A stretch of DNA of 64,000 nucleotides, taken from IMG/VR virus record IMGVR_UViG_3300049324_000053; one strand, written 5' to 3'. The stretch comes from a virus. How positions within the stretch are numbered: the first letter of the stretch is position 1; every line of letters starts with the position of its first letter. The notes beneath the pieces were generated by a model. That model was not told where the DNA came from and ran no database searches. It saw only the letters and a program-made list of their open reading frames with translations. The position numbers and the translations under genes were made by a program. This document shows positions 27,203-36,308 of this stretch, piece by piece.

Positions 27203-29943
27203 TGACCGCCAAGGCGATCGTTGCGCCCAACGAAGAAGAGTCCTATCTGGTGGCGCTGCTCGACTCGATCGACGGCATCGACCTGGCCGAGGCATTCTGG
27301 TCGGACCCGTCCACCGCGACCGGCTGCTTTCGCGTCTGGGACTTTCAGTGGAAGTGGTTCACCTGCACCGACACTTTGCAGGCTGATCAATGCGGGCGTG
27401 GTGTCGGCAAATGTCTCGCCCCCGACACCCGCCTGACCCTCGCCGACGGTCGTCGTATTCGGGTTGCCGACCTTGCCGCCGCGACCGACCCCACCGCGAT
27501 CCTGGCCACCGTCGCCCGCGCCGACGACGCCGTGCACGGGTTCGAACTACGACCCGGCACTGTGTACGTTTCCGGACATAAGGCGTGCCTGCGGATCCGC
27601 ACCGTCAGTGGCCGGATCCTGACCGTCAGCACCGACCATCCGGTGTTCACGAGTACCGGCTGGCGCAAGGCCGGCGAACTGGCCGGCGACGACTCGCTCG
27701 CGATCGCCGCCTACCAGCCGGTGTTCGGCCGCAAGGTGCTGCCCCGCTATCTGGTGCGGCTGCTGGCACACGTTATCGCCACCGGCGGCGTCGGTGACCG
27801 ACCCCGCGACGTGTGGTACTCCTCGGCCGACGCCGGTACCGACACCAGCTACTACGACGACCTGGACGCCACCCTTGGCGCTGCCAAACTCGTCGCCCGG
27901 CCCGTCTCTCGCCGCGACCGCATGATCAAAATTGTGGGGGAACGGTGCGGCCCCGGCAACGGCATCGGCCCGTTCATGGCCCAGGCCGGCATGACCGGTG
28001 CCCGCGCCGGCACCATGCGCATCCCCGACCTGGTCTTCGCCCTGCCCGCCCGGCAGCTGGCCCTGTTCCTCGGCCGGCTACTGCAACCCCCCCACGGTGT
28101 TGCCGTGCGCGCCGGCACCGTGCGCTATCAGTGCGCCAACCCGGCGATGGCCGCCGACCTCGCGCATCTGCTCACCCGGTTCGGTGTCACCAGCCGGATC
28201 CGCAGCAAACTGCTGCCGTCCATGCGGGGCCGCACCCGCACCGACGCCCGCATCCAGGTCGTCACCATCGACGACCCTGCAAGTCTCGTGCGGTTCGCCG
28301 CCGTCGTCGGCCCCCACGTGCTCGGCGGCACCCGCACCGCCCTCGACGCCCTGGTCGCCGGCCTGGACCCGGCCGCGTTCACCGCGGCCGCTGCCCCGCC
28401 GGTCGTGGTGTTCGACTCGGTCGCCGACATCACCGACGCCGGCGAACAGGATGTCTATGACGTGACGATGTCCGGCGAACCACAGCTGTTCGCCGACGAC
28501 GTGCTCGTGCACAACTCCACGAAAATCATCATGCGCGGGTTCGCGCATCCTTTCCACGCCCCCGGCGAGCACATGTTCATCACCGCCCCCGAGCTGAACC
28601 ATCTGGGACCGCTGACCGACGGGCTGCAGAACCGGTTCGAAGGCACCCGTATCGGCGCCGAGATGATGACCAAAGGCCGTGGTGGGGGCATCACCAAGCA
28701 GCCGCACTGGCAGGCCCAGTTCCTCAACGGCGCGAAGATCATCACCCGGCTACCGAACCGGGACGGCCGCGGCGTCAAAAGCCAGCATGCCAGCAAACTG
28801 CACCTCGACGAGGCGCAGGACTATCCCGCCGCCGGCTGGAACGAAGTCCAGCCCACCTTCAAACGTGGCGTGCCCGGCGCGCAATGGCATGTGCATGGCG
28901 TTCCCCGCGGTGTGCGGGACAACTTCTACGCCATCACCAGCGACGAGTCCAAGTTCACCGTGCACCGGTATTTTGCCTGCCACCGCCCGGACTGGTCGGA
29001 CAACGAACGGGCCGAGGCCATCCGCAACTACGGTGGTTCGCCGCGGGATCCTGATTACAAGCGCAACATTTTCGGCGACCATGGTGATGCGACGAACCCG
29101 CTGTTTGTGTTGTCTCGGTTCATTGCCGTCTGCGACCTGGACCCTGGCAGTGACTACAACACCGCCGTCTACGCCGCCCGGTCCCTCAGCGACGAACTGC
29201 TCGCCGACCACGACCTCGACGCCCTGCTCGACCTGCCCGCCATCCACCGCATCGGCTATAGTCGCGCACCCCGCGGCTACAGCGCTTACTACGGCGGCAT
29301 GGACGTCGGCATGACGAATCACCCATCCGAGGTGTTGATCTTCGGCCAGCGCACCGGCACCGAGCTGATGGAGCTGCTGCTGCGCGTGCATATGGAGCGT
29401 GTCGACACCGAGCGTCAGGTGATGGTCGTGCAGCGGCTGTTCGACTTCTACGGCAGCAAGCTGATCGCGTTCGCCCTGGACAGGACCGGTATCGGTCACT
29501 CCGTGTGGGACCTGTTGGACAAGTCCTACGTCGGGGATCGGGTGTACGGGTACCACTTCAGTTCGAAGGTCCCGGTTGGTATCCGGGAAGCGGCCGAGGG
29601 CGAGGATCCGCACGACCTCGACGCGCTCATCGAGATGCGCGACCTGGTCGAACACGCCTCCGACGTGCTGCGCGTGGACTGGGTCGACGCCGGCCGGCTG
29701 CAGCTGCCCGCTGATGACGAGCTGCTCGGTGAATGGCAGGGGCAGACGTACAAGGTGGAGAAATCCGGCGGAAACCTCTACGGCAAAAGGGTGTATTCCA
29801 AGGGAAAGATGCACACCTTAGACGCAGGCAAGATGGCGGCCGCGGCAAAGACATTGCCGCCCATTCAGGATGCCATCGACCGGGCCCGTGCGGTGCACGA
29901 CGTCGACCCGGTGTTCGACGAGTTCCTCGGATCGTCCTGGTGA
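27202..29943 (+). CDS. terL: terminase large subunit (intein-containing)
   Basis: Walker A GRGVGK/S split by intein; Walker B LHLDEAQD; nuclease GGMDVG, ALDRTGIG, HTLDA. Confidence 0.85.
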   Translation: MTAKAIVAPNEEESYLVALLDSIDGIDLAEAFWSDPSTATGCFRVWDFQWKWFTCTDTLQADQCGRGVGKCLAPDTRLTLADGRRIRVADLAAATDPTAILATVARADDAVHGFELRPGTVYVSGHKACLRIRTVSGRILTVSTDHPVFTSTGWRKAGELAGDDSLAIAAYQPVFGRKVLPRYLVRLLAHVIATGGVGDRPRDVWYSSADAGTDTSYYDDLDATLGAAKLVARPVSRRDRMIKIVGERCGPGNGIGPFMAQAGMTGARAGTMRIPDLVFALPARQLALFLGRLLQPPHGVAVRAGTVRYQCANPAMAADLAHLLTRFGVTSRIRSKLLPSMRGRTRTDARIQVVTIDDPASLVRFAAVVGPHVLGGTRTALDALVAGLDPAAFTAAAAPPVVVFDSVADITDAGEQDVYDVTMSGEPQLFADDVLVHNSTKIIMRGFAHPFHAPGEHMFITAPELNHLGPLTDGLQNRFEGTRIGAEMMTKGRGGGITKQPHWQAQFLNGAKIITRLPNRDGRGVKSQHASKLHLDEAQDYPAAGWNEVQPTFKRGVPGAQWHVHGVPRGVRDNFYAITSDESKFTVHRYFACHRPDWSDNERAEAIRNYGGSPRDPDYKRNIFGDHGDATNPLFVLSRFIAVCDLDPGSDYNTAVYAARSLSDELLADHDLDALLDLPAIHRIGYSRAPRGYSAYYGGMDVGMTNHPSEVLIFGQRTGTELMELLLRVHMERVDTERQVMVVQRLFDFYGSKLIAFALDRTGIGHSVWDLLDKSYVGDRVYGYHFSSKVPVGIREAAEGEDPHDLDALIEMRDLVEHASDVLRVDWVDAGRLQLPADDELLGEWQGQTYKVEKSGGNLYGKRVYSKGKMHTLDAGKMAAAAKTLPPIQDAIDRARAVHDVDPVFDEFLGSSW
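27412..28515 (+). mobile_element. intein (368 aa) with degenerate LAGLIDADG-type endonuclease region
   Basis: Begins CLAPDTRLTLADG, block B STDHPVFT, ends VYDVTM...DVLVHN followed by Ser. Confidence 0.92.
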
Positions 29944-30243
29944 CTACTCGTCGTCCACGCTGGGAGGCCGGTACCCCTTGACGTCTTCGTGTAGAACGTC
30001 GAGACCGTTCGGCTGGCCCAGGATCTTCATCGTCTTGAGCAGCGCGTCGTAATCCTCGTGCGGCATCATCACAGCGATGGGCGTCACGTCGTCCATGATT
30101 GAGATGTGCAGCCGGCCGATGATGACGCCGTCCATGATGGTGTCGAAGTCTGTGGCGAGCGTCTCCCGCAGGATCGGCACGAGTGGCATCTTTCGTGCCG
30201 GATGTGCCTCGGGCTCAGGTGTGGGCTGTGTTTCGTCGCTCAC
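29944..30243 (-). CDS. orphan Phd/YefM-like antitoxin
   Basis: PIAVMMPHEDYDALLKTMKIL resembles Phd/YefM AVLMSxEDYExLxETLxIL; GTGA-coupled behind vapC. Confidence 0.6.
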   Translation of the reverse strand: MSDETQPTPEPEAHPARKMPLVPILRETLATDFDTIMDGVIIGRLHISIMDDVTPIAVMMPHEDYDALLKTMKILGQPNGLDVLHEDVKGYRPPSVDDE

Positions 30244-30638
30244 TGGACCCCCAGAACTGTGTGGCCGCGGGCGGTGGCTGCGGCCGCCAGGCGATGATCG
30301 AAGGTGGCTATCGAGCCACGGGTGACGTCGGCGGCGAGCAGCACGCAGCAGTCGGGCATCCGCAGCCCGGTCTCTACACGCAGCAGCGCGAGCAGCGTGG
30401 GACTTTCCTGCGGGAACGGGATGGTCTGCAACCCCAGTTTGTGCAGCGCCAGGAGTGTTTGGCCCAGGCGCCCTTCGCGGGCGGGCACGACGAGGGCTTC
30501 GGCCATGTTCAGTGGATTGGTGCACAGTGGCTCGCCTGCCACGTCCCGTAGAAGCTGTCGCGCCTGAGCGTGGTGAGCGTCGTCAGGGTTGAGGTGAGCG
30601 ATGATGACGGCCGCGTCGAGGACGATCAAGCGGGCCAT
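30240..30638 (-). CDS. vapC: PIN-domain VapC toxin
   Basis: IVLDAAVIIA, NMAEAL, LRMPDCCVL, IATFD acidic tetrad. Confidence 0.9.
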   Translation of the reverse strand: MARLIVLDAAVIIAHLNPDDAHHAQARQLLRDVAGEPLCTNPLNMAEALVVPAREGRLGQTLLALHKLGLQTIPFPQESPTLLALLRVETGLRMPDCCVLLAADVTRGSIATFDHRLAAAATARGHTVLGVQ

Positions 30639-30895
30639 TCCTCATGTAGCTGCTGCAGGTCCCCAGGGTTGAAAACGCCCTGCAGGATGCCGGCAGTGCT
30701 TTCGATGGCGGCGAGTTGTTCGCGCCGGCGTCGTTTGCTGTCGTCGCACAAGCTCTGGTGACCGGCTTCGATGAGCCGTAGCAGGAGCTTGGTGCAGCTA
30801 CCGCCGTCTTCGGGCCATTGGCGTGCGGCGTCGGCGAGGGCTTCGGCTACCAGGTCGTTTTGTGTGATCATGTAGCGAGGCTTGGTGGTCGGCAT
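30626..30895 (-). CDS. cognate antitoxin of VapC
   Basis: MPTTKPRYMIT...AARQWPE...LLLRLIEAG...LQQLHEEW; overlaps toxin start. Confidence 0.8.
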   Translation of the reverse strand: MPTTKPRYMITQNDLVAEALADAARQWPEDGGSCTKLLLRLIEAGHQSLCDDSKRRRREQLAAIESTAGILQGVFNPGDLQQLHEEWPA

Positions 30896-30938
30896 GTCTT
30901 AAGAGTAGCACCGAAGTGCTTGGTGTTGCACGTGGGTG

Positions 30939-31331
30939 TTACTGTGTGTGCATGACCAAGACCGTGCGGATCCGCGTGCTGCGCAGTACCGCTGACCGGC
31001 TGCGCGATCTGGCCGACGCCCAGCACACCACCATCGACGCGGTGCTGCGCGCGGCGCTGGACGCGTTGCAGCGCAAGCGGGAACGTGAGCGGCTTGCCGC
31101 CGAGCCGGAGCCGGCCGAATAGGACTTAGGTGTAGGTCGGGTGCGTTTGATGGCCGCGATCCGTTCGCGCTCACGCTGCTCGTCGTCGTCACGCAACACC
31201 CGGTGCCCGGCTTCGATCAGCCGCAGCAGCAGCTCACGGCGAGTGTCTTCGGGCCAGTACTCCATGGCTTCGTCGATCGCTTCGGCGATCGCGTCCGTTT
31301 CCGTGATCCAGAAGCGGCGTCGGATCGGCAT
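30939..31331 (-). CDS. orphan paralog of the VapC antitoxin (only first ~65 aa look functional)
   Basis: MPIRRRFWITETDAIAEAIDEAMEYWPED...LLLRLIEAGH aligns with 30626..30895; the tail overlaps the + strand RHH gene. Confidence 0.6.
   Translation of the reverse strand: MPIRRRFWITETDAIAEAIDEAMEYWPEDTRRELLLRLIEAGHRVLRDDDEQRERERIAAIKRTRPTPKSYSAGSGSAASRSRSRLRCNASSAARSTASMVVCWASARSRSRSAVLRSTRIRTVLVMHTQ
30952..31122 (+). CDS. orphan RHH antitoxin-like protein
   Basis: MTKTVRIRVLRSTADRLRDLADAQHTTIDAVLRAALD; TACTGT -10. Confidence 0.65.
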   Translation: MTKTVRIRVLRSTADRLRDLADAQHTTIDAVLRAALDALQRKRERERLAAEPEPAE

Positions 31332-31355
31332 GCTTGAAACTCTAGACTGCTCGCC

Positions 31356-31544
31356 ATGGAGGACACGGATAATTCGTTCGTCGACATCACTGCCTACGTT
31401 GACGAGCTGCTCGCCGACGAGAAGCTACGTCCGGAGATCGACAGGATCTACGAAAGCATGCTGGCGGCCGACCGTGTGCATGCACTGCTGCGGGCGGCTT
31501 CCGGTGCCGGCAAGGCTGCCGATGAGCCCGATGAGAGGCTGTGA
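31356..31544 (+). CDS. truncated HigA-like antitoxin N-terminal region
   Basis: FVD...ELLADEKLRPEIDRIYESMLAADRVHA; stops before any HTH; TAGACT -10. Confidence 0.45.
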   Translation: MEDTDNSFVDITAYVDELLADEKLRPEIDRIYESMLAADRVHALLRAASGAGKAADEPDERL

Positions 31545-31596
31545 ACGACCGTTGAGCGACCCGAACGAGGCCCCGAACGAGGCCCCGGACGCGGCC

Positions 31597-31968
31597 ATGA
31601 AGCTGCCCAGTCTGCCGTACCTGCGGATCCCGTGCGAGGAATGCCCATGGCTGGCTGATGCGGTGCCGGGCCGCTTCCCGCAGGAACGTTGGCTCGCGCT
31701 ACGGGGCACCTGCGACACCGGTTCCGGCAGCGCCCCGATGGACGCGCCGATGTTCGCCTGCCACAAGACCCGGCCGGGCGCCGAGTATGTGTGCGCCGGC
31801 TGGCTGGCACGTGAAGGCGCCGGCCATGTCGGGGTTCGTATCGCGGTGCTGCGGGGACGACTGCCCGCCGAGGCCCTGTCCCCGAGTGAAGGATGGCCCC
31901 CGCTGCATGCGGATCTGTTCGCGGCCGCCGAACATGACCTCGGTGTGTCGATGGAGGCGGACGGCTGA
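31597..31968 (+). CDS. DUF6283-like Cys-rich protein (start may be TTG 31552)
   Basis: PCEECPW, FACHK, CAGWL motifs. Confidence 0.75.
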   Translation: MKLPSLPYLRIPCEECPWLADAVPGRFPQERWLALRGTCDTGSGSAPMDAPMFACHKTRPGAEYVCAGWLAREGAGHVGVRIAVLRGRLPAEALSPSEGWPPLHADLFAAAEHDLGVSMEADG

Positions 31969-32210
31969 TGCGCTTCTACGTGTACCTCGGTGCTCGCCAG
32001 GTCGCTCAGTTCGATGTCGACGACCTCGGCCGTCGTGACGATCCGGTCGCGATCAGTGTGGATGTCGAGTTCGAGCCCGGCGCGCGCCGGCCGCTGCTGG
32101 GGATCAACCTTGCCGGTCCGCAGGCCGCGTTCGTCGGTGCCTGGCCGGACGGTGACAACTGGGTGCCGTTGGCGTCGCTGAATCCGTTGTCCATCCCGCC
32201 GGTCCCGTGA
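31968..32210 (+). CDS. hypothetical protein
   Basis: Coupled to both neighbours. Confidence 0.6.
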   Translation: MRFYVYLGARQVAQFDVDDLGRRDDPVAISVDVEFEPGARRPLLGINLAGPQAAFVGAWPDGDNWVPLASLNPLSIPPVP

Positions 32211-32644
32211 GCACCGAGCCAGCCGCCGAGTGGTTGGACGATGATGCGTGCATCGCGCGTACGAACTACTTTCGGGTCAAGGATCGGGACGCGTTCATCG
32301 CGGTGCTGGCGCCGGTGGCCATCGACATCATCTTCGCGCCGCAAGACGCTGACCTGCTCTGCCTGGTCGCCCGCGGCACCCAGGGCTGGCCGTACGACTA
32401 CCGCGACGAGTACGGACTGTATGCCAACTTCGATCTCTTCAGCACGCTTGCCACGCATCTGGCCGATGGGCAGGTCGCCATCAGCATGGAGGTCGGCGGC
32501 GCGCGGTCGCGTTACGCGTTCGGGATCGCGTGGGCGGTGAACAACCTCGGCAAGCAGCGGCTGGTCGACCTTGCCCATGAGATCCTGCAGAAGGCTGAGG
32601 AGTTGGGGCCGGACGTTGGTGCGCTGTGGGAGTCGATGCTTTGA
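32207..32644 (+). CDS. hypothetical protein
   Basis: ARTNYFRVKD...MEVG..RSRY motif. Confidence 0.7.
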   Translation: MSTEPAAEWLDDDACIARTNYFRVKDRDAFIAVLAPVAIDIIFAPQDADLLCLVARGTQGWPYDYRDEYGLYANFDLFSTLATHLADGQVAISMEVGGARSRYAFGIAWAVNNLGKQRLVDLAHEILQKAEELGPDVGALWESML

Positions 32645-32648
32645 CCTC

Positions 32649-32691
32649 GCCCAAAATGTTGGGCATGACCGCCGTGTCCAACATCTTGGGC
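32649..32691. terminator. long inverted repeat between convergent genes
   Basis: GCCCAAAATGTTGGGCAT-N7-GTGTCCAACATCTTGGGC. Confidence 0.45.
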
Positions 32692-32825
32692 ATGGAGCGA
32701 CGCATGGCCGATGTTTTTGTCCCTGGCATGGGCTAATGTCGTACCCGCAAGTTCGCCCGCGCTGTGTCAGCCGCCCCCCGCTTGGGCACCGGGGACCGCC
32801 TGGCGAAGGCACTTTCGCCAGGCGG

Positions 32826-33668
32826 TCAGGGTGAAGCGGCCAGGATGCCACGTACCGCGTCGTACGTCGCCCGGTAGTTGGCACGGGGCCCGTTGCGATG
32901 CTTGGCCAGCGTGGTGCGCAGCTTGTCGTGTGGGCTGTCCGGATCCGGGTGCACGAACAGCACCAGGTCCGCGTCGTTCTCCAAGCTGCCGGACCCGGCC
33001 AGGTCGGTCAGCGCCGGCACATGCTGGTTCGCCCGTGACGCGGGCGCCTTGGCCGCGGTGCTGGTGACCAGGACTGCGGCGGGCAGCGCATGGGCGAGTG
33101 ACTTGAGCGTGACGGTGGCGTGGTCGACGACGTCGGCGGTGGTCGCTGTGGGCCTGGCGTCGTCGAGGAGATTGCCGATTCCGTCGACGACCAGCAGCCG
33201 CACACCGAAGTGATCGGCGGCCAGCTGTGCCTGGACGGCGATGACGTCGATGGTGCGTGCCGTGTCGTTGATCATTATTGGGGCGCGTATCAGCCGCTGG
33301 ATCTGGTGGTAGTCCGGGTTGCGCGGGTCGGGGCCGCATCCGATGGTGGTGAGCCTGGTGCTGATGTCGTGGGCGTGGTTGTCGCCGGCGGCGGCCGGCA
33401 CGGCGAACACGAGGGTGGGGACGGTGCGTTCCACGGCGGCGTGATGACACCAGGTCAGTAGCAGGTCCCGGGCCAGGTCGGGGTTGACGGCGGCGATGAC
33501 GGCCAGCTGGCCGGGGTGCAGGCCGCCGGCGAGCAGGTCGTCGAGGTAGGTGGCGCCGGTGGGGATCGACGGGGCGAACGTCTCGTGGCGGACGAAGGCC
33601 AGCACATCGCCGAGGCCGTCGCGCAGGGTGCCGACGATCGGTGTGTTGTCGGTCGTGGTGTCTGGCAT
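32826..33668 (-). CDS. highly degenerate DnaB-like C-terminal domain (no Walker A)
   Basis: IPTGATYLDDLLAGGLHPGQLAVIAAVNPDLAR; VVDG; LAGSGSLENDADLVLFVH; KHRNG. Confidence 0.85.
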   Translation of the reverse strand: MPDTTTDNTPIVGTLRDGLGDVLAFVRHETFAPSIPTGATYLDDLLAGGLHPGQLAVIAAVNPDLARDLLLTWCHHAAVERTVPTLVFAVPAAAGDNHAHDISTRLTTIGCGPDPRNPDYHQIQRLIRAPIMINDTARTIDVIAVQAQLAADHFGVRLLVVDGIGNLLDDARPTATTADVVDHATVTLKSLAHALPAAVLVTSTAAKAPASRANQHVPALTDLAGSGSLENDADLVLFVHPDPDSPHDKLRTTLAKHRNGPRANYRATYDAVRGILAASP

Positions 33669-33864
33669 CCGGGCCCCCGTTGTGCTATCAGCACTCATGC
33701 AAATGATCGTAAAGGTTGACGGCGACAACGCGGCGAAAAGCTGTGGAGTATTCCGCGATTCTGCACTTTTCGGGCTTCTACGAGTTGTGGGCGTCTGAGC
33801 GACGCAGCGAGGCGCAGAATCGGGCAGATTCGGCTTCCTGCGGACAGGCGCCGATGACAAACGT

Positions 33865-34245
33865 GTGCGTATCGACGTTCCCGCCACCGACGAGACGGGC
33901 CATATCGGTGGCCTGATCCCCGCCGCGGTCGTCGACGCCACCTGGGGGGCGCTCGGCAGCCGTCAACAGGTCGAGGACGAGATCGACCTGATGCTCACCA
34001 CGATCCGCGCGTTCTACGACCAGCCCGGCGATGTGGTGATGCGCCAGTGCGGCGCGCTGTCCGCACGCTGCACCGAACTGGCCATCGGGCTGGTGCGTCT
34101 CGAAGGGCGCCGGGAGTGGATTCATCTGCGCACCCGTCAGGTGGACCGGCTGCTCGCGGAGATTGAACGTCAATATCGCATCGCCAGCCGGCTGCTTGAA
34201 GGTCGCCGGCTGGATTGGGAGACGAGCCGGGAGAACAGCCGGTGA
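33865..34245 (+). CDS. conserved helical protein preceding portal
   Basis: Coiled coil; GTGA overlap with portal; late-type motif upstream. Confidence 0.65.
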   Translation: MRIDVPATDETGHIGGLIPAAVVDATWGALGSRQQVEDEIDLMLTTIRAFYDQPGDVVMRQCGALSARCTELAIGLVRLEGRREWIHLRTRQVDRLLAEIERQYRIASRLLEGRRLDWETSRENSR

Positions 34246-35981
34246 CCGCCGTCGAAGCGGGCAGCGATCTTGCGATCAGTGATGCGGGCCTGCCGCTGCC
34301 CTGGATCAACGCCACCGGCCTGCCGAACTCGGTCATCACCGAGAACAACGACACCCGTCAGATCGCCTACCAGCTGTCCACCTGGGTCAGTAAGGCGCGC
34401 GCCGCGTCCGGGCGCAGCGTCGCCACCGACCCGGGGATCTATGTTCCGCAGGAGAACGTGTACGACGAGATTCGTTCGGCGCGGCATGCGATGGAGCACG
34501 ACTCGATCGTGTCCGGTGTCGCCGAGGTCACCGAGGCGATGGCTTTCGCCGGGTTGTCGTGGGAGAGCCCGAATCCTGATGATGCGGATGCGCTCAACCA
34601 GCTGGCCGAGGATGCCGACCTCGACGGGCTGATGCGCCGCATGTGGTACGACATGTTCTCCTGTTCGCAGGCGGTTGTCGCTGCCCATTGGGGCTGGGTG
34701 GAGTACACGGTTCGCGGGCAGACGAAGAATGGTAACCGGCGTAAGAAGACCTACCGGTTCTTCGCGCCGCAGCAGCTGAAAACGCTGGATCCCGCGAAGG
34801 TGGTGCCGACGGGCGCCGGGCCGGTGGCCGGTGAGGGACTCGCCTGGCAGGCCAGCGGCGGGGAGATCGACGCCTACTGGGATGCGTTCGACGGTCGCAT
34901 CAATGATCCGTTGATGTTGTCGTACTTCACCGGCCAGTACTTGCCGACCGTCACCGAGGCCGCGCAGCTGGCCGCCGACGGGGTCGACACAACCCGGTTG
35001 CTGGCGATGGACCCTGCGGCGGTGTTCCGGCACACGCTGACCAAGCCCGATTACCAGCGTCATCCCGCGGTGCGGTTGCGGTCCTGTTTCTCGACGCTCG
35101 ACCTCAAGCAGCAACTGCTGGCCAGTGACCGCGCGATGCTCGTCGGCGCGGCGAACTATATCCTTTTGGTGCGTAAGGGCACCGACGCGGCACCCGCACA
35201 GCAGCAGGAGATCACCCATCTGCGGGAGAATTTCAACTTCGTCGCCAAACTTCCGGTGATCTTCTCCGACCACCGGCTCGAAATTGAGATCATCGCCCCG
35301 AAAACCGATTTCGTGCTGGACCGGGCGCGGTATGACACGCTCGACGAACGGCTGCTCACCCGGCTGCTGGGCACCCTGCTCATTCCCGGTCACGGCCGGG
35401 ACACGACCGACACCGTCGCGACCGCGGTCGCCAGAACGATGGAAAACCGCCGGCACATGATGCGGTTGTGCCTGCAGCGGCGTATCGCCCGCGCCATCGT
35501 CGACCATCCCCGCAACCGGGGGGTGTTCGAACAGCCACCGAGCCTGGTGTTCTCCCCCCGCAACATCGCGCTGGCCGCCGACCCGACCTACGCCCAGGGG
35601 CTGCTCGCGCTGCGCACCCAGCGGGAGATCAGCCGCGAGACGATCCTCGAATACTTCGGTCTGGACGAAGCGGTCGAAGCGATGCGCATGCAGACCGAGG
35701 AAGAGTTCTTCGACGACATCTTCCGCACGCACGTGCCGTTCTCCGCACCCGCTCCCACCGCCGGCACTGCCCCAGCCGACGGCACATCACCTGACACGGC
35801 GGCGCCGTCGCCGGACGCGACCGGCAACAACCGGGCCGCTCCCGCACCAACCCCCAACGGCACCCCCGAAGCGCCCGGCGTGTCCGGTGCTCGCGGCGGC
35901 CGGCCCGTCGGCGGCGGCGACCGGCCCCAGTCGCCGGCCGCGGTACGCCCCCGCACCCGCAAGGGCAACCCGTCGACGTGA
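34242..35981 (+). CDS. portal protein
   Basis: Size, helical content and position between TerL and protease; disordered C-tail with GGRP. Confidence 0.75.
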   Translation: MTAVEAGSDLAISDAGLPLPWINATGLPNSVITENNDTRQIAYQLSTWVSKARAASGRSVATDPGIYVPQENVYDEIRSARHAMEHDSIVSGVAEVTEAMAFAGLSWESPNPDDADALNQLAEDADLDGLMRRMWYDMFSCSQAVVAAHWGWVEYTVRGQTKNGNRRKKTYRFFAPQQLKTLDPAKVVPTGAGPVAGEGLAWQASGGEIDAYWDAFDGRINDPLMLSYFTGQYLPTVTEAAQLAADGVDTTRLLAMDPAAVFRHTLTKPDYQRHPAVRLRSCFSTLDLKQQLLASDRAMLVGAANYILLVRKGTDAAPAQQQEITHLRENFNFVAKLPVIFSDHRLEIEIIAPKTDFVLDRARYDTLDERLLTRLLGTLLIPGHGRDTTDTVATAVARTMENRRHMMRLCLQRRIARAIVDHPRNRGVFEQPPSLVFSPRNIALAADPTYAQGLLALRTQREISRETILEYFGLDEAVEAMRMQTEEEFFDDIFRTHVPFSAPAPTAGTAPADGTSPDTAAPSPDATGNNRAAPAPTPNGTPEAPGVSGARGGRPVGGGDRPQSPAAVRPRTRKGNPST

Positions 35982-36044
35982 TGTTGCCCGCTCCGATCCA
36001 TCCCCGAGTCCGCCGACATTTCACCCAAAGGACGGGAGGACATC

Positions 36045-36308
36045 GTGGCTGACGCTGTGGCAGCGCTGTACCGGCAGGCCGCGCACTGGGAGCGCGCCTT
36101 CACCGCCGACGAACGGCGCAAGCATGCCAAGAGCGGGGCCGCGATGCCCGACGGATCGTTCCCCATCCTGAACCGCACCCATCTGCACGCTGCCCTGACC
36201 CTTTACGGGCATGCCAAGGATCCGGCGGCCGCCAAACGGCACATCATCAAGCGGGCGAAGGCGATCGGCGCGACCGGCATGCTGCCCGAAGGCTGGACCA
36301 GCTCGTGA
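36045..36308 (+). CDS. DUF6582-like head-associated small protein
   Basis: AMPDGSFPI...AAAKRHIIKRAKAIGA..LPEGW; GGAGG RBS. Confidence 0.7.
   Translation: MADAVAALYRQAAHWERAFTADERRKHAKSGAAMPDGSFPILNRTHLHAALTLYGHAKDPAAAKRHIIKRAKAIGATGMLPEGWTSS

Noticed and set aside
33669-33830. AT-richer spacer as a resolvase res site
   Set aside because: No clear repeated subsites and no recombinase gene in the window
34170-35732. 520-aa minus-strand ORF
   Set aside because: Antisense shadow of the portal gene
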